Below are positions 1-10,300 of a stretch of DNA of 37,334 nucleotides, in pieces. The notes beneath the pieces are model-generated. The model was not told the origin of the DNA. It worked only from the letters and a program-made list of their open reading frames with translations, and made no database searches. The position numbers were made by a program, and so were the translations under genes. Source of the DNA: an uncultured Acidobacteriota bacterium (GTDB lineage Bacteria; Acidobacteriota; Thermoanaerobaculia; UBA5066; DATFVB01); assembly GCA_963813155.1 (NCBI GenBank), contig CAWEYG010000019.1:1-37334 (forward strand), in the 5' to 3' direction. The stretch's first letter is position 1, and each line of letters starts with the position of its first letter.

Positions 1-84
1 ATTCCGCCGGCGCCCAATGGCGAGATTACCTCGTAAGGTCCCAGCCGTGATCCTGCCGCAAGAGTCATGAAACGACCCATGTCG

Positions 85-114
85 CGCCGAAGCTCGCGAG
101 TGCGAGCGAAGGCG
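85..114. repeat. REP-like hairpin with a symmetric GAA/GAA internal loop
   Basis: CGCC-GAA-GCTCGC-GAGT-GCGAGC-GAA-GGCG downstream of the kinase stop. Bases 103-114 are the exact reverse complement of 33920-33931. Confidence 0.45.
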
Positions 115-158
115 GATCATAGGGTCCGAGGCGAGTCCCGTTCTGGAGCGGCATGTCT

Positions 159-3062
159 CTACCTCTGGACCGGCCCGAGATACCGGTCGAGCCAGTCGAG
201 GGTCTCGCGGATGAAGTCCTTGCGCGGGGGCGCGTGGCCCGTGTCGTAGACGACGTGCTTCTTGTCCTTCTCGGGCGTTCCCAGCAGGCGGAACAGCGGC
301 TTCTGAGATTCCTCGAGCGGGAAGAAATGGTCGTAGCGGCCGTTCAACATCAGCATCGGGATCTTCACGCGGGTGACGAAATTGATCTGGTCGGCCTCGG
401 GGAGCGCCCTCTGGAATTCGAGGCCTCCGGACTCCAGGATGCCGGCCTTGAAGCGCCCCTCGACAGCGACGAGGATCGGCGCGAGCGCGCTGCCCCACGA
501 GAGCCCGAGGTAGGCCATCTTCTCGTGATCGATGTCTTTGCGGGTCTCGAGGTAGTCGAGCGATCGGCCGAGGTCCTTCGACCATTCGATCATATGGTCG
601 CGCCACAGAGCCGTCGTCTCGGGATAGTCGCTCTTCAGCTCGTCCCGCCGCTCGAACGTGGACTTGAAGATCGGAGCGAGCAGCGCGCGGCCGCTCTTCG
701 GGATGAAATCAGCGTAGCCCGAAAGGCTGAACCGGTCTGCCCCCATCGCGCCGGAGCCCGGGAAGTAGACGACCACCGAATACGGCGGCGCGGCGTTCTT
801 CGGAAGATAGAGATGGGCACTCATCCGCTCGCCGCCGTAGGCCGCGTTGAAGCTGACCTTCTGGTGCGTCCAGTCTTCGGTGGTCTCGCTCTCTTCGATC
901 CGCGCGTTGAGATCGCCCCTGTCGTAGGCGTAAAGGCCCTTGTAAGCCTGAAAGACGGCGTCGGAGACGGGGCTTTCCTTCGAGAAGTCGCGAAACGCGG
1001 GAGAGATCACCGCGAGGGCGGCCGGAGGGGGAGGGGAATCGAGCTTCACGCATCGGAACCCGAAATTCGCCCGGCGCTCCCAGGGCGACTGGGCGTCCTG
1101 ATCGATGAACATGTAGGTGGGCTCGCCGAATCCTCCCCCGAGGATGAAGCGCTTGCCTCCCACGCCTTCGTTCCGGCACCATTCCTTGACGTTGCCGGCC
1201 ATGTCGGTCGTGCCGTAGCCGCTGATCGTTCCGTCGCTACCGACGGGCAGGGTGCCGCTGTCGCGGAAGTTGCTGCCGGGAGAGATCAGCATGCTCGCCG
1301 CCGGCTGCGCGGCGTGATTCCAGTGGTAGATCGTGGGAAGGCTCTTTCCGGCGAACTCCGCATAGGCGGCGGCCTCGTACCAGCTCACGCCCGCGACGGG
1401 GTGCTTCTCCTGCCCCTTCGCGAAGGTCCCGGCCTCCCAGGTCGCCGGGCCAGGTCGGTCCGTTCCGTCGCGGAAGGAGGACTTCGCCTCCTCCCACGCG
1501 ACCGGTTTTCCGGACCGGGCGAACGGCTCCTTCCAGAATTCGCGCTTCTGGTAGCCGCCGGCGTCGACGAACTTCTTGTACTCCTCGTTGGTGACTTCGT
1601 CCCGGTCGATCAGGTAGTCCGCGATCGAGACTTCCGGATACTGGTCGAGGCCGGGAATCTCGAGCGCGGTCGAGCCCCCCGGCACCCGAACCATGTCGGC
1701 CGGAACGCTCCCCTCTCGATCCAGCCGAAACGCGAGGCGGACGGGGATCTTGTGCATGATCGACCAGGTCGGGGCGATCTGCCACACGGGAACAAATCCC
1801 GCCTTCGAGATTCGCCAGAGATAGAAATCCTTCGCGACCCTCACGTTCGACACAGGAGTACGGCCGAGAACCTTCCATTTCGAGGGATCGCCCCGATACG
1901 GCCGGTAGGCCACGTCGGCTCCCGGCGGGGTCGTTTCCGCGGAGACATCGACGGTCGCCTGCGTCCAGAGGTTCTCAAGCGCCGGATCTTTCGGCAGCAC
2001 GGCGCGGGCCTCCCGGAGGATGTCGGCGGCTTTCGGAAAGTCCTCGGCGGCGATGAGCTTCGTCGCTTCAAGCGCGGCGGTCCCGCGCGCCCAGCGGATC
2101 CGGCTCTCGCGCCGCCAGAGCCATCCGGCCAGCGCGGCGGCGGCCACGAGCGCGCCGGCGAGCGCGGCCCACGTCTTCCCGGAGAGCCGTGCCCGATTTC
2201 GGGACACCTGGAGCGACCGGAGCTCGGCGGAGATCTCGGCGGCGCTCGCGTAGCGGCGGGCCGGGTCTTTTTCCATCAGCCGGAGAATCGCGGCTTTCAG
2301 CCGCTCGGGCGCCTCGACGTCGCCGAATTTCTGAGGCGGGTCGTGAAGAATCGCGTCCGCGATCGCGACGGTGCTGCTGCCCCGGAAAGGGCGGCGGCCC
2401 GTGAGCATCTCGTAAAGGACGACGCCGAGCGAAAAGAGGTCGCTCCGCGCATCGACGGGTATTCCCATCAGCTGCTCCGGCGACATGTACGTCAGCGTTC
2501 CCATGACGGCGCCGCGCTGCGTGAGGGGCCGCGAGGCGGCCGCCTCGGTCGGCAGCGAGGACAGGTCCGTCGGAGGTTCTTCGGCCGCGCCCATTTTCGC
2601 GAGACCGAAGTCGAGCAATTTCACGCCGGATTCCGTCAGCATGACGTTGCCGGGCTTCAAGTCCCGGTGGACGATCCCGGCGCGGTGCGCCCGGTCCAGG
2701 GCGTCGGCGATTTCCGTTCCAAATTGCAGGGTCTCGGCGACCGAGAGGGGTCCTTTGTCCAGCCGATCCGCAAGGGATTGCCCTTCGAGCAGCTCCATGA
2801 CGAGGAAATCGACTCCGCTCTCGCTGCGGATGTCGTAAAGCGTGCAAATGTGCGGATGGGTCAGCTGTGAGATGGCCTTGGCTTCACGTTCAAAACGCTG
2901 CTTGAGCTCCGGGTTGTCCGACAGATGGGTCGGGAGAACTTTGATCGCGACCTCGCGGTCGAGCCGCGTGTCCTTGGCCCTGTAGACCTCGCCCATCCCG
3001 CCGGCTCCGAGCGGCGAAAGAATCTCGTACGGTCCGAGGCGGGCGCCATTCTGGAGAGCCAT
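159..3062 (-). CDS. Hanks-type Ser/Thr kinase + TM + FGE-sulfatase (SUMF1-like) domain + alpha/beta hydrolase, 967 aa
   Basis: Kinase motifs GAGGMG, VAIK, HRDLKPGN, DFG, YMSPEQ; TM WAALAGALVAAAALAGWLW; FGE-like EVTNEEY, HPVAGVSWYEA, DMAGNVKEW, GFRC; hydrolase GLSWG, GRYD, TGH. Frame intact. Confidence 0.92.
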   Translation of the reverse strand: MALQNGARLGPYEILSPLGAGGMGEVYRAKDTRLDREVAIKVLPTHLSDNPELKQRFEREAKAISQLTHPHICTLYDIRSESGVDFLVMELLEGQSLADRLDKGPLSVAETLQFGTEIADALDRAHRAGIVHRDLKPGNVMLTESGVKLLDFGLAKMGAAEEPPTDLSSLPTEAAASRPLTQRGAVMGTLTYMSPEQLMGIPVDARSDLFSLGVVLYEMLTGRRPFRGSSTVAIADAILHDPPQKFGDVEAPERLKAAILRLMEKDPARRYASAAEISAELRSLQVSRNRARLSGKTWAALAGALVAAAALAGWLWRRESRIRWARGTAALEATKLIAAEDFPKAADILREARAVLPKDPALENLWTQATVDVSAETTPPGADVAYRPYRGDPSKWKVLGRTPVSNVRVAKDFYLWRISKAGFVPVWQIAPTWSIMHKIPVRLAFRLDREGSVPADMVRVPGGSTALEIPGLDQYPEVSIADYLIDRDEVTNEEYKKFVDAGGYQKREFWKEPFARSGKPVAWEEAKSSFRDGTDRPGPATWEAGTFAKGQEKHPVAGVSWYEAAAYAEFAGKSLPTIYHWNHAAQPAASMLISPGSNFRDSGTLPVGSDGTISGYGTTDMAGNVKEWCRNEGVGGKRFILGGGFGEPTYMFIDQDAQSPWERRANFGFRCVKLDSPPPPAALAVISPAFRDFSKESPVSDAVFQAYKGLYAYDRGDLNARIEESETTEDWTHQKVSFNAAYGGERMSAHLYLPKNAAPPYSVVVYFPGSGAMGADRFSLSGYADFIPKSGRALLAPIFKSTFERRDELKSDYPETTALWRDHMIEWSKDLGRSLDYLETRKDIDHEKMAYLGLSWGSALAPILVAVEGRFKAGILESGGLEFQRALPEADQINFVTRVKIPMLMLNGRYDHFFPLEESQKPLFRLLGTPEKDKKHVVYDTGHAPPRKDFIRETLDWLDRYLGPVQR

Positions 3063-3073
3063 GGGATCCCTCG

Positions 3074-3085
3074 ATTCTATAGAAT
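3074..3085. promoter_or_regulatory. Back-to-back TAGAAT -10 hexamers (candidate bidirectional promoter)
   Basis: Palindrome ATTCTATAGAAT in the 29-bp gap between the divergent kinase and moaA starts. Confidence 0.6.
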
Positions 3086-3091
3086 TCCCTC

Positions 3092-4114
3092 GTGATCGTT
3101 TCCGACAAGTTCACCCGGCCGCTGCGGAACCTGCGCCTGTCGGTGACGGACCGGTGCAATCTGCGCTGCCAGTACTGCATGCCGGAGCGCGATTACGCGT
3201 GGCTCCCGCGCAAGGACATCCTCGACTTCGAAGAGGTGAGCGCGCTCGTCGACGTGTTCGGCGAGCTGGGCGTGGACAAGGTCCGGTTGACGGGCGGCGA
3301 ACCTCTCGTCCGCCGCGACCTCGCGGAGCTCGTTCGCCTGATCGCGGCGAAGCCGGCGATCCGGGATCTTGCGATGACGACCAACGGCGTGCTGCTGGCC
3401 GAAAACGCCGTACCGCTTCGCGAGGCGGGGATGAAACGTGTAACCGTGAGCCTCGACACGCTGAAGCCCGAGCGTTTCCGGGAGTTGACGCGCTTCGACG
3501 AGCACTCGAAGGTGCTCGCCGGAATCGAAGCAGCGGCGCAGGCCGGGTTCGAGTCGGTCAAAATCGACACGGTCGTCATCCGCGGCGTCAACGACGACGA
3601 GCTCGTCGACTTGCTCGCGTTCGGCAGAAGCGCAGGCGCGGAAGTCCGCTTCATCGAATACATGGACGTGGGGGGGGCGACGCGCTGGTCGCGGGAAGCG
3701 GTCGTTTCGCGCGCGGACATTCTCGGAACGCTTGCGCGGCACTACGGGCCGATCCAGCCCATCTCCGAAACGACCTCCGCGCCGGCAGAGCGGTTTCGGC
3801 TTTCCGACGGAACCGTTTTCGGGATCATCGCTTCGACGACCGCGCCGTTCTGCCGATCGTGCGACCGCAGCCGCCTGACGGCCGACGGCCTCTGGTACCT
3901 GTGCCTGTACGCCTCAAGCGGGACGGATCTGCGGGGACCGCTGCGCGCGGGAGCCTCCCGGGAGGAGCTGCGCGGATTGATCGAGTCGACGTGGCGTGCG
4001 CGGTCGGACCGCGGGGCCGAGGAGCGGCTCGGCATGCGGAATCGATCGCCTCTCGTCCCGCTGACGACGCTCAAGGGCGATCCCCACCTCGAGATGCACA
4101 CGAGGGGCGGATAG
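3092..4114 (+). CDS. moaA: GTP 3',8-cyclase MoaA (radical SAM, molybdenum cofactor biosynthesis)
   Basis: [18 protein letters not shown] (CxxxCxxC), LTGGEP, TTNG, RFIEYM, C-terminal CxxC..RLTADG..C cluster, ends in GG. Confidence 0.97.
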   Translation: MIVSDKFTRPLRNLRLSVTDRCNLRCQYCMPERDYAWLPRKDILDFEEVSALVDVFGELGVDKVRLTGGEPLVRRDLAELVRLIAAKPAIRDLAMTTNGVLLAENAVPLREAGMKRVTVSLDTLKPERFRELTRFDEHSKVLAGIEAAAQAGFESVKIDTVVIRGVNDDELVDLLAFGRSAGAEVRFIEYMDVGGATRWSREAVVSRADILGTLARHYGPIQPISETTSAPAERFRLSDGTVFGIIASTTAPFCRSCDRSRLTADGLWYLCLYASSGTDLRGPLRAGASREELRGLIESTWRARSDRGAEERLGMRNRSPLVPLTTLKGDPHLEMHTRGG

Positions 4115-4411
4115 ATGGAGCCGGACGCTCCGGAGCTCGTGCCCGGACTGTCGAACCCGCGGGCGATCTCGCTCGAGCGATTTCCGGTCCGCACCCGCGA
4201 AGGCGCGACGACACGGTCGGCGTGGCGCCTCTCGGCTTCGTGCGATCAGGGCGACGGCGCGATCGTCTTCGTCGAAGTGTCCCCGGTCGAGACGTTCTAC
4301 CGCGGCGACGGGATCTTCCTCGGCTGGACGCAGGAACGGATGGCGGCGGCCTACGGTGCGCTCCTGCCGAAGCCGGAGCTTGACGGTTTCGCGACGCAGC
4401 AGATGGGGTAG
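4115..4411 (+). CDS. Hypothetical 98-aa protein abutting moaA
   Basis: ATG directly after the moaA TAG; GC-rich third codon positions; fills the gap up to the convergent gene. Confidence 0.7.
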   Translation: MEPDAPELVPGLSNPRAISLERFPVRTREGATTRSAWRLSASCDQGDGAIVFVEVSPVETFYRGDGIFLGWTQERMAAAYGALLPKPELDGFATQQMG

Positions 4412-4415
4412 CGGT

Positions 4416-4853
4416 TTACGCCGGAGCAGCCTCGGAAAGGATGTTCCACTCCTCCTCGCTCAACACCGGCTCGGCCGCCGGGTAGTAGACATTCTCGAGT
4501 TCCTTTTCGTGAGCGGCCAGCCGCCGGTCGAGGTTTTCCACGATTCCCAGAGTGTCGGACAGTTTCGCGGGGTCGGCGACGAGAGTCAGAAGGAAACGCG
4601 TGAGCTCCCGCAGTTGAACCCACTCCAGGTGCAGCTCGCGTTTCGGATCGCGGCCGGGAACGCCGACGCGGATGACAGCAGGAAGGAAGGCCTTCTCCTG
4701 CGCTTCCGACCACCGGACCAGCCACTCGTTGAAATCGCCGAGCCCGAAGCGATACGCCGGCGCGTCGCGGCGATCGAGCGCCTGACGGAAGTCGTCGAAC
4801 CGGCTCCGCAGCGCGCGCTGCGCTTGGAGAAGGCCGTCGAGAGTCTTTTGCAT
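4416..4853 (-). CDS. Hemerythrin-like four-helix-bundle protein with degenerate ligands, 145 aa
   Basis: C-terminal part of ORF 4416..6074 from the ATG at 4853 (MQKTLDGLL...). Twin xxxxE..F/YxP motifs (WSEAQEKAFLP, HEKELENVYYP) and an LSEEEW tail typical of HHE/hemerythrin domains. Confidence 0.7.
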   Translation of the reverse strand: MQKTLDGLLQAQRALRSRFDDFRQALDRRDAPAYRFGLGDFNEWLVRWSEAQEKAFLPAVIRVGVPGRDPKRELHLEWVQLRELTRFLLTLVADPAKLSDTLGIVENLDRRLAAHEKELENVYYPAAEPVLSEEEWNILSEAAPA

Positions 4854-4905
4854 GCCTGTGATTATCGGCGAGTGTTGAAGCGGGGCGATGTATCGCCGCG
4901 TGCGG

Positions 4906-5616
4906 TCACAGCCCGGCGAGTCCCGGCTCGATCCGCGTGAGCCCCTGCTCGACGGCCCACAGGTCCATCGAGAGCGTCGCGAGGTCGTCGACCTCGGGAA
5001 TCGGCCGCGCGTCCTCGGAGAGATCGATTGACTTGATGTAGCGATGGCACGTGTCGCAGCTTTCGATCCGAACAGGGGCGTGCTTCTCGTCCCGAAAGGA
5101 CGGAAGCTTGTTCGGGTCTTCTTCGAAGCACGAGGCGCAGAGGATTCGCTCGAACAGCCATTCCTGGCCGCACAGCGAGCACCCGAGCGTCCGGCGGGCG
5201 CCTTCCAGCATCGACCCCTCCCGCCGCGCGGAAATCCACGGCGCGCCTCCGCAGAACGGGCACCGGCCCCGGGAGTGAAGGCGATCGGGCGCGAGCGTCG
5301 CCGATCGCAGAAACTCGGCGTACGGGCGCAGAATCGCGCGGGACAGGTAGTCTTCCGCGGCCGGCCGATCCCCGCTCCAGAAGACGAGCAGGCGTTGCCG
5401 CGCGACCTCCGGAACGTCTTTCTGCCGCGCCCGGGCGTCTTCCGAAAGCGCTTCCGGGCCGGATTCCGCCGCGTACCGCAGAATCGCGGCGCGCGCGCCC
5501 GAAACGCGCTCCGCGTCCCGGTCGAGGTGTCCGGTGAACGGCTCGTCCCGGTGCGCGGACTCGAGCTCTCCCGCGACGCGTCCCTGAAGGCGATAGAGCC
5601 CCGCCGCGAATCGCAA
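4906..5616 (-). CDS. fdhE: Formate dehydrogenase maturation protein FdhE (true start may be near 5700)
   Basis: CPFCG, CSLC..W, CASC, CDTCHRYIK and DDLATLSMDLWA motifs; downstream of fdnI. The frame stays open to about 5720 with no ATG or GTG. Confidence 0.9.
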   Translation of the reverse strand: MRFAAGLYRLQGRVAGELESAHRDEPFTGHLDRDAERVSGARAAILRYAAESGPEALSEDARARQKDVPEVARQRLLVFWSGDRPAAEDYLSRAILRPYAEFLRSATLAPDRLHSRGRCPFCGGAPWISARREGSMLEGARRTLGCSLCGQEWLFERILCASCFEEDPNKLPSFRDEKHAPVRIESCDTCHRYIKSIDLSEDARPIPEVDDLATLSMDLWAVEQGLTRIEPGLAGL

Positions 5617-5698
5617 CGGGTCCTCCGCGGAGGGAGACTGCCGGGCGAGGAGCTCGGAACGCGCGGCCCGCCGCTCGAATTCCGAAACGAGTTTCGAA

Positions 5699-6403
5699 CT
5701 AACCGCGGCGGCTCTCCTCGCCGGTCACTTCGCGGTACCAGCGGCCATGATGGAGGCGCGCCCAGGCTTTCGTCACGGTACCGCGCGTCATCGACCCGAA
5801 CGTTCCCGGCTCGGCGGCGGTTCCCAGGTAGATGTGAATGACGATCAGCATCGCGAACAGGATGAACGTGACGTCGTGAACGACGTACGCGAATTCCATC
5901 AGGAGCCGCGGCAGCGACCCCGGGAACCACATCATGAGGCCCGACACCAGCAGTCCGAGGGCCGCGAGGCACACGAGCCAGAACTGCAGCTTCTGGCCGC
6001 CGTTGTATTTCCCGACGTTCGAATCGTCGGTCTCGTAGCGCATGTACTGCATCGCCCGGCCGCCGCTGACCCATTCCTTGCGTTCGCCGGGCTCCAGGTG
6101 CATGTCGGCGAGCCAGTACACGAACATCACGGCGCTCGCGAGAAAGAACACCACGCCGGCCCAGGGGTGGACGACGCGGCAGACCGTCAGCCCGCCGAAG
6201 AGAGACGCCATCCAGCCGAAGACCGGCGACCAGATCGGCATGCCGGTGAAGACGCAGACGAAAAAGCCGAGGGCCACCGTCCAGTGGATCAGGCGCGAAG
6301 TCCGGTTGTGGCGGACGATCTCGTTTCCGACCACGACGTCTTCCTGCGATTGAGCCGCGAGGACGGCGCGGTCAATCGGGCGGGGGGGGCGTGCTGCGCT
6401 CAT
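5699..6403 (-). CDS. fdnI: Formate dehydrogenase cytochrome b556 (gamma) subunit
   Basis: [25 protein letters not shown] heme His ligands, WARLHH; four TM segments. Confidence 0.93.
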   Translation of the reverse strand: MSAARPPRPIDRAVLAAQSQEDVVVGNEIVRHNRTSRLIHWTVALGFFVCVFTGMPIWSPVFGWMASLFGGLTVCRVVHPWAGVVFFLASAVMFVYWLADMHLEPGERKEWVSGGRAMQYMRYETDDSNVGKYNGGQKLQFWLVCLAALGLLVSGLMMWFPGSLPRLLMEFAYVVHDVTFILFAMLIVIHIYLGTAAEPGTFGSMTRGTVTKAWARLHHGRWYREVTGEESRRG

Positions 6404-6425
6404 CGTCTTCTCGCTTTCACGATCG

Positions 6426-7311
6426 TCACACGGTCGGGAGATTGCTGTTCGGGTCGTCGGTTCCGGCCGCTTCCTTTCGGCCGTACTTCGTGAAGTGGCC
6501 GAACGCGCCGATCACCGCGCCGAGGATCGCGACGGCGCCGATGGGCCGCAGGACCGATTTCCAGAACTTCACGAGCAGCGGCACGTGGGGATCGGCCGGC
6601 AGGTCGTACCACTCCGGGTGGTCGCCGTGCGCGAGGACCGTGACGACGCCCGTGCCGCCGACGCCCTTCGGGTCGTAGAGCATCGCCTGCGCGAACCCGT
6701 TGGCCTTGAGCTGATCGACGCGCAGGTTTCCCATCGCGACCATGTCGTCCTTCGTGCCGAAGTGCAGGCACCCGGTCGGGCAGGCCTTGATGCAGGCGGG
6801 CTCGAGGCCCACTTCGACGCGGTCGACGCAGAGCGTGCACTTGGCCATCTTCCCGGTCGTCTTGTGGAACCGGGGCACGTCGAACGGACAGCCGGTCTCG
6901 CAGTAGCCGCAGCCGATGCACTGGTCGGGGTTCACGTCGACGATCCCGTTCGCGTACTGGACGATCGCGCCCGGCGCGGGGCAGGCCGCGAGGCATCCGG
7001 GCTCCGCGCAGTGCATGCACTGGTCCTTGCGCATGAGCCAGGCGATTCCGCCGTCGACGTCGCGCTCGTTGAAGCGAATCAGGTTCCAGTACTGGGCGTG
7101 GAGCGTCGGCAGCGTCTGGTAGGTCCCTTCCTGCTTCGTCGGCGACGACCGGCAGGTCGTTCCACTCCTGGCAGGCGACCTCGCAGGCCTTGCAGCCGAT
7201 GCACGTCGTCGTGTCGATGTATTTCGAAACGGTCGGGAGCGTGCGGCCTCCGGAGAGGCTCCCCCAGACGGAAGCGGAGGAGCGGCGGATTTCGAGATTC
7301 TGTGCGCTCAT
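6426..7311 (-). CDS. fdnH: Formate dehydrogenase iron-sulfur (beta) subunit, with indel(s) near 7130-7150
   Basis: [11 protein letters not shown] in one frame; [30 protein letters not shown]...CIKACP and a C-terminal TM in another. SD AAGGAGGAG. Confidence 0.92.
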
Positions 7312-7324
7312 GGTGCTCCTCCTT

Positions 7325-10300
7325 TCACGCCTTCTCGAGCTTGACGAGGAAGGTCTTGTATTCCGGCGTCCACGTGTTGGGGTCCATCGCGGAGGGCGTC
7401 AGGAAGTTCGCGAGCGGGCCCGTGTGGTCGGCCGTCGCCTCGTATCCCCAGTGGAGCGGGAACCCGATCTGCCACATCGGCTTTGCCGTCGATCGTCATG
7501 GGCCGCAGACGTTTCGTGACCATCGCGACGCCCTCGATCGAGCCGCGCGCGGAGGTCACGCGGGCCCGGCCGCCGTTGGCGATGCCCTTTCTCTTTCGCG
7601 AGCTCTTCGGGAATCTCGATGAAGAAGCCCGGCTGCAGCTGGTTCAGCCGATCGATGTGCTTGGTCCAGTAGTGATACATCTCGGTCAGCCGGTAGGTCG
7701 TGCAGACGATCGGGAAATCTTCCTTCTTTCCGTAGATGTCCTTGTCCGACTTGAATCGGATCGTGGCCGGATTGGAGGTCACCTTCGGGTGCAGAGGATT
7801 GTCGACCGGCCGCTTCGACGGCCTCGTAGTGCTCCGGGAACGGCCCGTCGTTCAAGGGCGCGAAGAGCTTGCCCGAGCCCCTCCGGCAGCATGATGAAGG
7901 CGCCGAACGTGCCGGGAGGCGCGTCCGGTTTCATGTCGGGAACGTCGCCGACCCACTTCTCGCCGTTCCACTTGATCCCGACGCGGGTGGCGTCCCACGG
8001 CTTTCCTTCCGCGTCGGCGGACGCGCGGTTGTACATGACGCGGCGGTTGGCGGGCCAGGAGAAACGCCCAGTTGTGGTACATCCCGAGCCCGTTGGCGTC
8101 GTCCGCGGGGTTGCGGCGCTGGGACATGTTGCCGGCCTCGGTGAAGACGCCCGACATGCAGCCAGTTGCCGCACATCGTCGACCCGTCGTCCTGAAGCTG
8201 GCGCGAAACCGTCGATCTGCTGTCCCGCCGTCTTCAGCGTCTTCGTCTTGGTCTTGTCCGCCGGATCGGGGAGGTCCGCGAGCGCCTTGCCGTTGAGCTC
8301 CTTCAGGACTTCGGAGAGGTCGGGCGCGACGGGGTTCGTGTAGCTCCAGTCGACGTTGAGGACCTGCTCCGGAAGCGCGCCGCCCTCCTTCTTGTAGAGG
8401 TCGCGCACGGCGAGGAAGATGCGCGCGAGGATTTCCTGGTCGCTCTTGATCTGGCCGGGCGGGTCGAGGGCCTTCCACTTCCACTGGATCCAGCGCGCCG
8501 AGTTCGTGAACGATCCGTCCTTCTCGGCGAAATTCGACGCCGGGAGCATGTAGACCTCGGTCTGGATCTTCGAGGCGTCGGGGGTTCCGTATTCCTTCGG
8601 GCGCTTTCCAGAACGTGGCGGTCTCGATCTCGTGGTTCTCGCCGACGACGAGCCACTTCAGCTTCGAAAGGGCGCGCGATCATCTTCGGCGAGTTCGGGC
8701 CGATTCCCACGGGATTCATTCCGAACGTGATGAGGCCTTCGGGTGCCGGCTCCTTGCCTCCGGCGCGCATGGAGCTGCCGCGGTACATGTCGTCGAAGAT
8801 GTACATCCAGGAGTAGTTCCCGTCGATCTTGGGCAGCCAGTCGTATCCGAAATCGTTTTCCTTCGTCGCCGCCTTGCCGTAGCAGGATTTCAGAAGCGAG
8901 GCCATGAACTTGGGATAGTTCTGCCAGTAGTTCATCGACGGGCCGAGCGCCTTCGGCACGTTCGCGTCGTTGTATTCCTTGAGCGAGTGCCACGCGCCCG
9001 TCGGCGTCTTCAGGTAACCCGGGAGGATCTCGAAGGTCCCGGCCGTGTCGGTCGCTCCCTGGATGTTGGAGTGTCCGCGCAGCGCGTTGACGCCGCCGCC
9101 CGGCCGCCCGACGTTTCCGAGGAGGAGCTGCAGCATCGCGGCCGTGCGGATCATCTGCACGCCGATCGAATGCTGCGTCCATCCGAGCGCGTACATGATC
9201 GTTCCGACGCGCGCGCGCGTTTCCGGTGGACGTGACGACTTCCGCCACTTTCAGGAAAGTGTCCTTCGGCGTGCCGCACACCTTTTCGACCATCTCCGGC
9301 GTGTAGCGGTCCACGTGCTTCTTGAGCAGCTGGAAGACGCAGTTGGGGTCCTGGAGCGTCGGGTCGGATTTCGCCATTCCCTTGTCGTCGAGCTGATAGG
9401 CCCAGGAGTCGCGTTTGTAGGAGCTCGAGGCCGGGTCGAAACCGGAAAAAAGGCCGTCGTCGAATTTGAAATCCGGGCTGATCAGCAGGGGCGCGCTCGT
9501 GTGGACCTTGACGTAATCCTCGTGGAACCGGTTGTTCGCGAGCGCGTAGCGGATGATCCCGAGCAGGTACGCGATGTCGCGTTCCGGCGCGGATCGGGGA
9601 GTACAGGTCGGCGACGGCGGCCGTCCGTGTGAAGCGCGGATCGACCGCGACGAGCTTTGCGTTACGGGTCTTCTTCGCCTCGATCGCCCATTTGAATCCG
9701 CAGGGATGGTTTTCCGCGGGATTCCCGCCCATGCAGAGGACGACGTCGGCGTTCTTGATGTCGACCCATCCGTTGGTCATCGCCCCCCGGCCAAACGTGG
9801 CGGCCAAACTGGCCACCGTGGGGCCGTGTCAAACCCGGGCCTGGCTGTCCCGGTACGGCACCCCCAGGGCCGTGATGAGCTTTCCACTGAAGGAAGTTGA
9901 ACTCGGTCGTGTCGGTGCAGCCGCCGATCATCGCCATGCCGGGGTTGCGGTTGACGACTTCACCCTTCGCGTTCTTCGCGACGAAGCAGCGGTCGCGCGT
10001 GTCCTTGATGTGACGGGCGATTCCCTTGATCGCGTCGTCCCAGCTGATGTCCTCCCACTTGTCGGAGCCGGGCCGCCTGACCTGCGGTCTTCATCAGCCG
10101 GTTCGGGCTGTTGATGTCGTCCTTGACGCGTCGCGCCCTTGGGGCAGAGCGTGCCGCGGTTGATCGGATGATCGGGATCGCCCTCGACGTGGACCACCGA
10201 CGACGTCGCGTTCTTGGCCCGGTCGCCGAGCGTGTGGATGATCATGCCGCACGAAACGGCGCAGTAAGGGCACGTGCTTCGAGTCTCGATCGTTCGCGCG

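Noticed and set aside
153-2870. Long antisense ORFs (905 aa here; also 23079..25970, 15576..17888, 13957..16164)
   Set aside because: Shadow ORFs opposite real genes, expected in high-GC DNA; no recognisable motifs.
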